A stretch of DNA of 63,462 nucleotides, the filler included, from Vannella sp. (lineage: Eukaryota), in the NCBI GenBank assembly GCA_023345925.1. It is 6 parts of 6 records of this genome, joined end to end, with 100 filler letters (N's around TTAATTAATTAA, not from the genome) between each part and the next. Parts side by side here need not be neighbours in the genome. Positions count along the whole stretch, not along the records: positions 21,208 to 43,342 come from JAJQQN010001218.1; 5 more parts are not named here. One strand, written 5' to 3'. How positions within the stretch are numbered: position 1 is the stretch's first letter; each line of letters opens with the position of its first letter. The notes under the pieces were generated by a model. That model had not been told where the DNA came from, did not search any database, and worked only from the letters and a program-made list of their open reading frames with translations. Positions 21,905 through 33,982 of this stretch are shown here, one piece after another. The position numbers were made by a program, and so were the translations under genes.

Positions 21905-22595
21905 ATGGATGATAAGCCCTGTCCCCAACGAATTCCTTACGATAGCGGAGTTTCCTTCTCGCTTGGTATCACACTCGGAACGATCTGGAATACCTTCACG
22001 GGCTATCGAAGTAGTCCAACTGCTCGCTGGGAAGGAATGAAAAGAGCGGTGCGAGCAAACGCTCCCAAGCTCGGTGGTAAGTTCTCTTCTTCAGCTCTTT
22101 CTCGTAAAAAGCTCATCATCTTCTCCAGGCAACTTTGCAGCATGGGGAACCCTGTTTTCCCTCTGTGAGTGCACTTTACTGGGAGTGAGACATACAGACG
22201 ACTCCTGGAACCGTATTGCTGCAGGAGCCTTTACTTCTGGAGCTCTCAGCCTGCGCGGTGGCCGCGGGGCGATCTTGAGAGGCGCTATCGTTGGAGGCTC
22301 CCTTTTAGCACTGATCGAGGGTGCTAGCCATCTTATGAATCGTATGATGTCACCTGATCCCAATGCGGCTGCCATGGAAGAGGAGATGCGACGCCAGAAA
22401 GAGGATCAGTCTCGTCAAGCTGAGAGGCAACTTCGCAAACGGGACCTCGCGAGCAAACCTTCAACTCCAGATCTAATGACAGGAAGTGACAATGACGAAT
22501 GGAAGTCCACTCCCATCCTCCTCAGCGACGAACCGGGGAACAGCGAGGAGAAAACTGAGCAAAAGGGACTCTTTGCTCGCGTTCTCGGGCGCTGA
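21905..22595 (+). CDS. TIM17: Mitochondrial inner-membrane translocase subunit Tim17
   Basis: PCPQRIPYDSG..RANAPKLGG|NFAAWGTLFSLCEC..VRHTDDSWNRIAAGAFTSGALSLRGG..VGGSLLALIEG. One intron at about 22077-22128. Confidence 0.92.
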
Positions 22596-22735
22596 AGAAC
22601 TCAGATCACTCTTGTCCTTGTACATTACACTTGCTAACAAGCCTGCAAACCCCCATAAATGCAATTTTGGGCCTCATGAGGTTGGTTGAACGGGGAATCG
22701 AGTCTGTATCTGAAGTGAAGGGCGACTTTCTTGGC

Positions 22736-23823
22736 CTACTTCTGAGCCAGGGCTGCGGCTTCCTCCTCTTCATGCTTGGCGTTGACAGTCTCGATGAGCG
22801 CAGCAATTGCCACGTCATCGATGACAACGTACTGCCGGCTGGCAGTGGGAATGATACACAGCTCCACATTCGAGGGTTTGATCTCCTCTTCCATAACTTG
22901 CTTGAGAATGGAGAGAGCCATGACTTGGGCTTCCTGCAAAGTCAGGGACTAAGGCTGCGAGTGAGTCTTCCGCCATAACTGGAATCGATCGTATCCTACA
23001 CTATTGTACTGCTCTTGGAGAGCATTCTGCGCCCCTTCAGATGCAGCACCAATGGCCTTGGCCTTGTACTTGACGAAAGTGCCGGATGGGTCACAGTGAT
23101 ATCTGCAGAGAGTGAGGGTGAGGGCTTCAGTTCAGCTTCAAGCTAGATCTTACAAAGAAGGACCACGCTCATCCACACCACCAACTAAAAGGGCGACTCC
23201 AAACGGGCGACTCTGAGGCAGGGATCAGAAAGGGCAAAGAGAGGGAGGGGGAGCGCACCATGATGTCCTCTTTCTTGTTTCCACTTCGATCCTCTCCAAA
23301 GCGAAGAGCCAAATCACAGAGCGCTTGAGTGCAAGACTCAACAGAGATGGGCTCGTCGTAGGTAAACGTGTGGTTCTACAACTCCCTCTCAGTTCCTCGA
23401 CAAGGATGAAAGCGTCAAGAGCACATACCTGCGCTTCCACTCGAGCATGGTTGATCATTGTGCGGGCATCAGCAACCAGCCCACTCATGCAGCAGGCGAT
23501 GTGGTGATCCACTTCCAGGATCTTCTCAATGCTCGATGGCTCCAACAGGGGCGAAGTGATGCGTTTCTCCACTGCTAGAACAACACCCTCTGATGTTTGA
23601 ATTCCCACGCCTGTGGAACCAAGCTAGTGGTGGCGCCATGAGAGAGTAAACAACTGGATAGGCAGGAAAGACCCACCTTGATGGCCTCGATGGCGTATTC
23701 CACCTGGAACAGTCGGCCCTCTGGCGAGAAAGTATTGACTCCTCTATCGTACTCGCTCCTGCCACACCCTTGAGTAACTCCAGTGGACATGGCGGCCGAG
23801 TACGCTCACTTGGTGAGGAACAT
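22736..23823 (-). CDS. PSMA5: Proteasome subunit alpha-5, multi-exon
   Basis: [95 protein letters not shown]. Confidence 0.96.
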
Positions 23824-23988
23824 GCCAACCGCGCGGGGAAGGAGTGAAGTGTCCTTGTTTCTCCAAATCAAGCTTCCAAACTTGCCATTCATGAGGGTAA
23901 TCTCATCCATTTCATTGGGTTCCCCATGGACATCAAAGGGCCCTCGTGGAGTCCCATTCGCCTCGTGCATGATGAGAGCGGCAAAGAT

Positions 23989-26235
23989 TCATTTAGTTGC
24001 GGGACTGACAAGATACGGAGTACCAAAAGGCTGGTAGATCTTGGTGAAAGAGTCGGGATGGAGCTCGAGTGATTCCAAGCAGAGAATGGGAACAGTGTTG
24101 TGCTGGAAGGCCCGATGCCCCTCCTCCAATTGCTCTTCTTCAGGATCATCTGTGAGTGAGTTTTCACCTCCATTAGGCGATTCTTTGGGGAAGAAACGGG
24201 TCCGGTGGAGAGGAAGTGACATGTTAATGCGATTGGTGAAGAGGAGGTTGGGATGGAAGTGAGCGCTCTTGTTCATTTCTTCATTTTGCATCCGCAACCG
24301 CTCTTGTCTGTTTCTAGTGCTTGGCAAAGAAGAGTAGTTGGGAGTAGCGATGGGCTTTGAAGATGGCGGAAGAGAGGCGAAAAGATCTCTCACTTGGTCA
24401 ATGTACTCATGGAAGAAGCCCCGGAGGGATTGTGACTTGATTCGCTCGAGTTCTTCCTCTTTGTGGGAGGCAATATCACGATAAGCATTGGCAATGTGCT
24501 CTTTGATGTTCTTTGCTGGCGTCATCAGCAGGAAAGACTCCACGGGGTGCAACGGTGGTTGTGGCTCAAGGCGGAGGGCCTCTGAAGGTACAATTGCAGA
24601 GGATAGATGTTGATTGATGTAGGAGAGGGAAGGAGGTCCCGAATAGAGGTAGGGGGCTTGTGAAGGGTCATAGTCTCCGTTGAGATAATTCATGGACCAG
24701 TTGAGATTCTCAAAATAGACACGAAGCTGCTCTTCGAATTCCTGTTCCGTCTGTGGGTGGCGCTCTCTTGCTTTCTTGGCTTGAAGATGGGTTTCATAAT
24801 AGATGGGAGAAATCTGAGCGGTTTTGGTGTAATCTTCATAGAAGCCTCTCACTCGGTGAAGCTCTTTTGTAACAAGTGCACGCCTGGCCGCTTTAGCATT
24901 ATTGCCTGAAGCTTTCGCAATAAGCTTCCCGTTAACAGTCAATCCCATGGACACTCGGCCTTCTTCTTTTTCCCACTCCACATCTGGGTCCCGCGGCCAC
25001 GCCTCAAATTCAGACCTCAGCCGCTTCTTTGGAACTGTTACCATTCCGAGATGATTGAGTGGATGACTTGGCTCGGCCGACAATGACAATTGCAACTCAT
25101 ACATCAAATATTCATCCACATCTGTGAATGATGGGTGATCTCGCTTCTGCTCCTGCAGCTGAGGATGCTCTTTGCTAATCTCTTCAATGCAGATCGTTTT
25201 GTCCCGAGTCTCTTTGGCATAGTATTGGAATGCTTCATGCACCTTGGGAACAACATCTTCGGAAACATGAGATGCTTCTGTCTTCAATGCAGACTCCAAG
25301 ACGATATGACGGAAGAATGCTTCATGAATGATCGGCGCCACTAACGTTTGGCCATTCAAATGGCGAGAAAAGAGCCCTTGATCCCGAAAAGGGCCTGATT
25401 TGCGCGCTACTGAATAAGATTCCCACGCCTTTTCGAGGTCAAAGTGAGGAAGGCAGGGGAAGAAGTCAGTTCCCCGCAGAAGCGACAGAAAGAGGAAGTC
25501 TTCAATGATTTGCTGGCGAACAGACAAAGGTGTCTTGTGGAGGCGAGATCCCAACACTTCTGTGAGTATGGCCACTCTCAAGTGAGTGACATCGAGGAGT
25601 TCGTTGTGGGATAGCATTATAAAGCTGTTGAAGCGATCAGAGAAGCTGAGGGCCATGAGAATGACGTCTCCATCACCACTGAGGAGGGCACAGAGCTCAT
25701 TCTGCCGTTTGAGAGCCTCCTCCGTATAGTTCTCTTGGTTAGCCCTCTTCAGTTGCTCCCAGCGACCCTGCAGGAACTTGGCCATCTTGAATTCGCCCTC
25801 TCCCGGTTGCCCAGCTCCGCTTAGGTACACTTGAAGAGGGCGATTGGCAGTAACCTGTCCAGCAGCGAGATACTGAATACCAGCCTCTACTTGACGCATG
25901 AACTCTGCCCCCGGAGTGATCTGCAGAGGAAGAACAGCACCAGATCGTGCAGCCTCCTGCCGTCGTGCACATTGAAGGATCAACTTAGCAGAAGGAGCTG
26001 ACCCATCCATAGCAAGGAAGATCGAACTCCTTACACTACAAACACGTCGCTGATAACGAAGAATCCGCTCAAAGTGGGCCACAACATCGCGAGGAGGGCG
26101 CCCATCAGACACGTGCAAGTAGTTGTTCACATCCACCAGCAAGTGGTCCGCCCCCATCAACCGCGTATTGTCTCGCTGCAACCGCCTTGGCTTGGTGAAG
26201 CGATTCAGAAAGCGGCGAAAGTTCGAGATGCCCAT
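23989..26235 (-). CDS. XRN-family 5'-3' exoribonuclease-like protein (short, divergent) with a dsRBD-like insert, intronless
   Basis: MGISNFRRFL, DHLLVDVNNYLH, MDGSAPSAK, ITPGAEFM, PGEGEFK, SGDGDVILMAL and DFLFLSLLRGTDFFP match XRN_N/CR2 motifs; YFENLNWSMNYL occurs downstream. Confidence 0.85.
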   Translation of the reverse strand: MGISNFRRFLNRFTKPRRLQRDNTRLMGADHLLVDVNNYLHVSDGRPPRDVVAHFERILRYQRRVCSVRSSIFLAMDGSAPSAKLILQCARRQEAARSGAVLPLQITPGAEFMRQVEAGIQYLAAGQVTANRPLQVYLSGAGQPGEGEFKMAKFLQGRWEQLKRANQENYTEEALKRQNELCALLSGDGDVILMALSFSDRFNSFIMLSHNELLDVTHLRVAILTEVLGSRLHKTPLSVRQQIIEDFLFLSLLRGTDFFPCLPHFDLEKAWESYSVARKSGPFRDQGLFSRHLNGQTLVAPIIHEAFFRHIVLESALKTEASHVSEDVVPKVHEAFQYYAKETRDKTICIEEISKEHPQLQEQKRDHPSFTDVDEYLMYELQLSLSAEPSHPLNHLGMVTVPKKRLRSEFEAWPRDPDVEWEKEEGRVSMGLTVNGKLIAKASGNNAKAARRALVTKELHRVRGFYEDYTKTAQISPIYYETHLQAKKARERHPQTEQEFEEQLRVYFENLNWSMNYLNGDYDPSQAPYLYSGPPSLSYINQHLSSAIVPSEALRLEPQPPLHPVESFLLMTPAKNIKEHIANAYRDIASHKEEELERIKSQSLRGFFHEYIDQVRDLFASLPPSSKPIATPNYSSLPSTRNRQERLRMQNEEMNKSAHFHPNLLFTNRINMSLPLHRTRFFPKESPNGGENSLTDDPEEEQLEEGHRAFQHNTVPILCLESLELHPDSFTKIYQPFGTPYLVSPATK

Positions 26236-26362
26236 GCACAGTCAATCTCACTGCACGCCGCCCGAGGACCTCCGCAAATGACCTTCCTGGCCTTCTGAGA
26301 GCCTTTCATAACGCTAGAGAGGCCGTTTCGTCTTCCTTCTCATTCTTTGGAGGCTCTCGCGA

Positions 26363-28854
26363 ATGAGCGGGATTGTCCGCGTGGTTCAGTGTGCCTTTGG
26401 TCGGCAAAGCGCCAGCTTGGAGCTGAACTTGAATGAAACGCTGGTCTTGATCAACAGTCCTGAGATGCTTCACCGCGCTTGTGTTGAAACGAAGACGCGA
26501 TTGAGCAAAGTCGTGGCTTTGCTGTTCACCCAAGTGAATGCAGGGACCTTGTTGGGTTATCCTGATCTTCTGATGACTATAGCGGACTTGGGGTGAGTGT
26601 GCACTCCGCCAAGAGAGACGGATCTCTGATGGCGCTCCCAAGTGATGGCGGACCGGATGGGTTCCTCGTAGCAGGGCCTCCCCCTCTCTACAAGGGCCTC
26701 CTCTCTTTCGTCACAACCCTGTATCGCCCTGACTTCAAAGCAATGTGGGTGACTCAGTACTCCCCCGAAGCTTGCCCGCTCGTGACTGAGCAGGAAGGCG
26801 AAGAGGACCACCGATCTCATTATCCTGCCTGCTTCCCACTCATTCCCTTCCCCAAAGGCTTCAGTATACGCCCCATCTACATCTGCACGGGACAGAGTCG
26901 GGGCCATCGCAGGGACAAGTTCCAACGGGCCCAATGGACGCACGCATTCGATGTTTCTCGCCTTTATCAGCAAGAAGAGACTTCCACTCCTGGTCAGAGA
27001 GAAGCAGTCTCTCCTCCCATTGCTAACTGTCTTTAGGAAGGAAAGACATTCTGTGCTACGCCATCCACTCCCCAGAAACGCCCGGCAATCTGGATGCCAA
27101 GAAAGCTCGCTCGTTGGGAGTCCCTGCCGGCCCACAAATGGGCAAGCTTTCGAAAGGCGAGAGCGTTCTGTCTGAAAGTGGCCATCTCGTACATCCACAA
27201 GACTGCATGAGCCCATCCAAACCGGGAGGCATCACCCTTATCCTGGACTGCCCCTCCTCAGACCTCATTCCAAAGCTCCAAACACACGAGTGTCTTGCGC
27301 ACTACCAAGCATCGAAGCAAGTCACAAGCATCGTCCATCTCACCAACTTGGGAGTGCTTTTGCATCCCGAGTATGTGACTTGGAGTCTTGCTTTCGGCAG
27401 AGAAGTGCTTCACCAGTTCGTTCTCTCACGAGATGACCACATTCCTCTTCAGTACGTTGCCTCTAATCACTTGCAGGCGAAACTGCGCTGCGCTTGGGAC
27501 GAAAAGATTTTCCCAATTTTATTTGAGACTTCCGCAGCCAACATCGCCTCGAACCAACGTTTTGAAGACGCAACGGTGCAGTCGATTACTTCTCTTTATG
27601 GCAAGGGAACCAAGTTTAGCGTTGCTAACGTTCTTTCTTCCCTCCAATTCCACCCTCCCAAGAAGCTTCAACTCTCCAATGGGGAACACGAACAGTTTAA
27701 GGTAATTGCAAGCTCTCATACTCCAGTGGGTTACTGAACAAGTTAATAAGGCTCAATTTCCTCCCTCAGACGATGTGAAAGAGAGTTTTCCTTATCCACG
27801 GGTGACCTTCTTGGGAACAGCCGCTTCTGTTGTCAGCCGGTACCGAGGAGTCTCTTCTATTCTCCTCGAAACGGCCCAAGGCTACCTACTGATTGATACA
27901 GGAAGCGGTACTTACAGTCAACTTGTCCGTATTTTCGGTATTGAGCGAACGGGTGCCATTCTCCGATCCCTAAAGTGTATTTGGCTCTCTCACAAGCATG
28001 CCGATCATTGTCAAGGGATTATCCAGCTGTTAATGGAACTTTCTTCCCTCCAAACTGAGCAACAAGTCCCCAAAGCTCCTTCTTCCTATGAATGTCAGCG
28101 GTGCCATTGCCTCTTCGACCACGATACCTCTGATCGTATGCACAGCCCCATTCACTTCTTCAGTACTCCGTGGGAATACCAACCGACCCCATGTGGAAAG
28201 ACTCTTCGCTGCCCTATTCACTCGAGCCGATCAGGTCCTCTCATTATTGGCCCCATGTGGATTCAGACACTGCTGGAAGACTCTAAGTGCATTGCCCCTT
28301 TAAGCTACCAATTCGTTGACGCACAAGATCTGACAACTTCCAGTCATCCCGTGCACACTTACTTCAAGGAGCACTTGGACATCGCATCTGTCCTGGCCGT
28401 TCCAGTGCAACATTCTTACCCAACTTATGCACTCGTTTTGGTGGCGAGTGGCCCCAATGGAGACTGGAAACTCGTGTACTCTGCGGATACAAGACCCTGG
28501 GAACCCCTGATCCAAGCTGGAAAAGGTGCAACAATGCTTATTCATGAGTGCACCTTCGATGATGAGGTCCATAAGCGTGCTGTTGCAACCTCTCACTCAA
28601 CAGTGAGCGAGGCTCTCGGAGTTGGAGTTGCGATGGAAGCGAGTGCCATCGTCCTTACACACTTTAGCACCCGCTTTACTCGTGCCTCTTTCCCAAGAGT
28701 GGACCGCGACTACTTTTTATCCCATCCTGAGCTACTGGCTGCCCAAGGACGTGTCATTCCAGCATTTGACTTTATGCAATTACCTCTAGATGCCAATCTC
28801 TTGGCGCTCTACGGTAACAGACTGGAAGATTTGCTTGCTTTAGAGTTGGACTGA
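26363..28854 (+). CDS. ELAC2: Long-form tRNase Z (ELAC2/Trz1), multi-exon
   Basis: Exosite GVPAGPQMGKLSKGESV; FLGTAAS..YRGVSSIL, LIDTGSGT, SHKHADHCQG, VQHS, YSADTRP, LIHECTF, HSTVSEA, LTHFSTRF. Confidence 0.9.
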
Positions 28855-28877
28855 TTAAAAGTAGAAAAAAAGTATTT

Positions 28878-31177
28878 CTAGTCGATTCGATTGTTGTGCC
28901 GGAGGTAGACTTCAACAGAAGCAGGATCAAATCCCTCCTCGATGATAATCGCTCTCAATTTGTCTTGGCCCGCGAGATTGTGGGTTTTGTGAAGATGCTC
29001 CATGAGGGTACAGAAAGTGGGAATGTTCATGCTCACTCCGTCGGTCTTCATCATTTTTAAGGCTGAGAAGGCATCAGCAGTTGCTCCTGCCATGGAAAAG
29101 CCTCTGATAATAATGTTATACAAATTGTTGTCGGGAGGGATGCCATCAGCCTTCATCTTATGAAAAATCTCCCAAGCTTCCTCAGGCATTCGCTGTCTCA
29201 TGCAAGCGGCAACTAATGAGTGTAAGTGACTCTTCGACAGTTTTTTGGCTCGAGGCAATAGGAACTCTTTGAGCTTCACCAACGTCTCTTTCTCTCCCTT
29301 TCGAGAAGTTATCTTGGAGAGGAGAAACTGAAGCGTCTTATCGGAGCACTCCAGGCCCCTGTTTGGCATGTCTTTCGATATAATGGAGAGACAATGGCCA
29401 AACTGGCCGAGCCAGGCAAGGTCAGTGATAATTCGGTCATACCAAGAGAGAGGTAACCTCAATTTGTCGCTCTCCGCTTGCTCAATTAGTTCTTGGTATC
29501 GCTCATAAGTGACTCCCATTGGGCGATTCCGTATCGCAGCTGTGACTTCCTCGTAGAATTGTCGAGTCACTGGGAGCTGCAAGCCTCGCATCAGATCAAT
29601 CACGCGCTTGAAACTCCCAATGTTTCCCTCTGCACCCAGGATGACGAAAACTTGTGTTAAAACGGCTTCTCCTCGAATATGATCCTCAGCCATCCGCTGA
29701 ATAACGCTCTGGACGCCATCAGTATCCCCAGCGCCGCTGAGAAACTCGATAAAGGGCTGGTAAGATCCAAAGTTGCGCGGAATTCGCCGCTCCACCATCG
29801 TATCTAGTAAAAGCCAAGCCTCTTCTAACTGATTTTGAACACAAAGATAATGGAGAAGATGATTGTAGGCTTTCACTAGATCAAGCACTCCTAAGGATGT
29901 GTCGTTCGTGACCATTGAAATGGATTGTTGAGTTTTTCCCGATGCAAGGAGAGATCTGAGGATTTGGGAATAAGCCTCCCAATCCAAAGAGAGCTTTTTG
30001 CTCTTCATTTCAGCATGAATCCGTTGCAGATGTTCAAACTTGCCTTGGCGACGATAGTAAGTCAGCACCATTGTGTAGAGCATTAAATCTGGCTCCACAA
30101 GACCTTCCTCTATCTGCTGGAGGAGAGGAGGAACCAGATGCCATTTGCCAGTCGAATAAAGATACTTCAGTATCTCCGTATAATGCTTTTCGCCCCCTGG
30201 CAAACAACTGACCATCACAGATACTTCCTGGAAGAGGGTCACAGCATCATCCCCTCGGTCCATCCGAATGAGCTTTTGAAGTAATTCAAACACCAAATCA
30301 GAGAGGAACTCTGTTCTGGCGGAGGTTGGATCGGCCATCTTTCGTATCATCTGAATGAGGGGTGACAATTGATCGGGTTCAGAAGCCATACAAAGGAGGA
30401 GCGGTCGGAAAGAGTCACGACCGGGGCAGAGAGTTGGGTGTTGGATTAGCTGCTCCAGCAGACTGACAGCCTGTCCAATGCGCTTATTGGACGCTAACGC
30501 ATGCAGAGAAGTGTTATAAGTGAATACATCTGGTTCAATACTGTTCTCCTTCATCCAGTGGAGCACAATCGGAAGCTTTTCCACTTCTCCACTCCTGCCG
30601 ATGGATTGAATGAGAGTGTTAGCCTGGAAGGTGCTTATGGGCACTCCCCTCTGCTGCATGATTTCCATCACCATCTCAATGTTCTTGGTGAGAGCATGTG
30701 CGGCCAGTGCGCTACAAACTGTGTTGTAAAGGGTGATGGGGACTCGATCATTACTGTGGACGATGGAAAGAGCCAGCTCTGCCAAGCTGGCGGTATCTGG
30801 GGCCAGAGAAAGCATCGTAGAAACGAAGTAAGAGCTCGGCCATAACCTCAGCTGCCTCATCCTCTCGAAAAGAGTGATCAACTCGCGATATCCAGAGTCT
30901 TTCACCACGCAATTGAAGTGGTTCGGATCCAAGAAGGTGTCGTTCGAAGAGTCTAAGAGGATCCTGTCTCATGTCAGCCCCAGACTGAGAAGAGAAGGAA
31001 AACCGACCTCCTTTGCGCATCACGATTGTGTCTCATTCGTCCCAACAACCGCTGAACGCCTGCAGTAGATCGAATGAAAGAGACTGGCTTGTGAGACGCA
31101 CAAGACCTCCCCTGGGAGAAGAACAAGAGGAGGAAAGGGGATCGGACAACCGAGCGACTTGCCCCCGCTCGAAGCAT
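28878..31177 (-). CDS. Pentatricopeptide-repeat (PPR) protein, probably mitochondrial
   Basis: Repeated 35-aa helical motifs (EPDVFTYNTSLHAL, EPDLMLYTMVL, KAYNHLLHYL, PPDNNLYNIIIRGFSMAG). The Arg/Ser-rich N-terminal exon resembles a transit peptide. Confidence 0.88.
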
Positions 31178-31289
31178 CCAAATGAATGGCCAAACCGGCT
31201 CGGAGATTTATGTAGTGAAAAGGGGAGTCAAAGGGGGATTAATTGTTCGTCATTCGCCATTTCGCTTGGTGCTTTCTCTCGCTTCTCCC

Positions 31290-32923
31290 ATGGCCACTGT
31301 GAAGGTTTGAGTCTCTCGTCACTGCTGTGCCACTCACTCATAAGCGTGTCCCGAGCAGAAAGTCAGCGTTACCAATCTTGCCAGTCCAGATAAGGAGGGC
31401 TTCCTCACAAAGCAGGGAGGTTCCATTAAGACCTGGAAGAAGCGTTGGTTTGTTCTCAAGGGAGACACTCTCTACTACTTTAAGAGCTCCAAGGTGAGGC
31501 TTCTTTCTTGCTCATCCTTGCTCTGCCCTCTCTTCATGTGATTGGAAGAACAAGAGGGGCGTTTGCCCCTCTTTCCCCACTCTCTGTGCATGAGGAGGGC
31601 GACCAAAAATACGACAATATACTCACACCACCACTCCCACCACAGGACCCTGAGCAGACTGGAGAAATCAAGTTGGAGAAGACAACCAAGTGCACCAACG
31701 AGGGCAAGAAGAAGGGCAAAGTCTTTTTTGCCGTGGGCACTCCTGCTCGCAAGTACCTGATTCATGCTGATACTGAAGAGTCTGCATCTCAATGGGTGGA
31801 GAAAATCAACAAGGCAATCGAGGCCATTGGGGGTGACACCAGCGCTCCTGCGGAGGAACCCACAGCGAGCACTGGTGAAACGGATACTATCAAAGCCCCT
31901 CCAGCTACAAGCTCTCCTGATGATTCTCCTGACCCCTCCCCCCAACAGGCGTCACCTGTCAAGGAGGCCACTCCCAAATCCGCTCCCGTTGCCCAACAAG
32001 TCGGCGGCGCCCCCAACCGAGAGACCAAGATTCTGGCAGCCAAGGGAGCCATTCCCTTCTTACAAGACCCAGAGTCAAAGGTGTTGGAGTTCTGGCAGAT
32101 TTGGTCAGAGAGCATCCCCACAAGGGAAGAGCTGACAGCTGATGTGAACATCAACTACCACGTTTCCACCTCATCTGACCGCAGCAAGTTGACATGGCGA
32201 ACGTCTGGGCCCCAGAATGTCCTCATCCAGAAGATGGTCGACTTTTTCTGGAACGTCGGTGCTCCCGAAAGCGAGATTGACCGCCTGAACGATATCGGGG
32301 CTCTCATTAACCCCGCCAAGATCGGCTCTTGGATCGACATGTCTGCCAAGGGCGGTATGGATGGAGGTTGGTTCTTCCCCGTGGAGATTCCGGTGAGTAT
32401 GGCCATCGAAGCTGCTGACCCCGGTGATCCCACCAAAGCCGTAGAAGAGTGGGCGGAGGCCAACTCGATCAAAACGGCGCAGAGTGTCGGCCGTGACATG
32501 GGGGCTGCTCCTCCACGTCAAACCGAGATTCGATTCAATCTTCCCGGTGACAACCTCCAAGCGCAGCTCGAGGTCGGCCTCAGTGCGTTTGTTGCTTTCG
32601 AGTTCCCTGCTTTGCCTGATGGCGCCCTGAAGGTGTTGCGGGAGTACGAAGGAACAGGCAATCTTACACTTTCTGTCATAACTTCCTCCGAGGGCTTTGT
32701 GCGTCTCGGGCTGATGTGCCCCAAACCCAACAAGGAAGAGGTCAAGAGCCTCTGCCTTTTGAATGGCTCAAGCCATGCGGAGATCCTCGAATTCGAGACG
32801 GCCATCTCCTCTCCTGGTCCCGCCTTCGTCGAGTTCCAGTTCCTCAGGCCCGGATTCGGTTATGGTGTCTATACGGAGGGCTTTGAAGTTGTTTTCCATT
32901 ACGAAATTGAGTCCGACGCGTGA
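31290..32923 (+). CDS. PH-domain protein with a Pro/Ser linker and an uncharacterised C-terminal globular domain
   Basis: [31 protein letters not shown] (31390-31493) spliced to [27 protein letters not shown]; conserved-looking C-terminal region of about 300 aa. Confidence 0.85.
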
Positions 32924-33013
32924 GTGGCAACCTCCCTCGACGTGTGTACTCTACTGCCTCCTCCCTCCCTTCCCTAAACCCATTCCCAACCCCTCTGTGT
33001 CTCATTTAGCGGT

Positions 33014-33982
33014 TTATGATCGCAGTTCCGCTACTAGACCATAAGGGTTAGTCAAACGGAGGAGATCAGGAAGGTCTGGGTCATTCACGAGGAAACGAGA
33101 GAAGGTTCCGTCCCGCAATGGCGGAGGCAGACAATGGGAGAGCTGCTCACGGCCTTGAGGGTTCTTAGAAAGCTCTAGATAGACGCCGATGGTACGTTTG
33201 AGAAGTTGTAGGTGCTGTTCCGTGAGATTGGTTGCATCGGCCAGGTATCGGACGACTTTGGAGAGAACTCCATTCACAGAGCTTAAGTAGGCTGGCGCGC
33301 AGAAGATCTGACGCCCCTTATCGTCCTGAAGAGTCTTTTGGAGGATGAAGGTGGCGACCATACGAGACATATCGCTCCCTCTATCAATGATTCTCAGGCA
33401 GCATGGGAGGACGTTCGTTGTCAACAGAAAGGCAATCACCTTGGGGTCCTCTGCCTAATCAAACTGAGTAAGGTACATGAAAGAGAGTCTCCTTACCTTC
33501 ACAAGAGCTCCGATGAGGCCGAGACTGGTCAAGCGAAGGTACTCAACCTCGCCATATTCCGAATTGAGAAAGGGACACAGATAGATGGGAATGGCAGCTT
33601 GATGATGGCGTCAGTGCAAATAGTCTATGCAACTCTCAGTTGACACACCTTCGATGAGAAGAGGGCGGGTCTCTGGGTCGCAGGCAACGCATTGCAGAAG
33701 AGCAAGGGCAGAGCATGCACGCTCACTGAGATCTTTGTTGAACCCTGAGGGATTGGAAGGGGAGATGTGGAGATGAGGATAAACGGAGACGATCTCCTGC
33801 AGCAAAGCTGTGATGGTCCCCACAGAGAACCAAAGGATCCGGGGCAAGTCTTCCACCTGTTCTCTGACACTCTTCAACCTCTCCAACGCCTGTGCCTTCT
33901 TCGCGGGATCCGTCAAGTCCCTCACACTCTGAAAGATGGATTCATCAGCCAACACCAGACGCGCCTTGCCACCCGAATTCAT
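33014..33982 (-). CDS. CNOT9: CCR4-NOT subunit CNOT9/Rcd1/Caf40, multi-exon
   Basis: LWFSVGTITALLQEIVSVYP, ACSALALLQCVA, EYLRLTSLGLIGALVK, FLLTTNVLPCCLRI..GSDMSRMVATFILQK, CLPPPLRDGTF. Confidence 0.92.
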
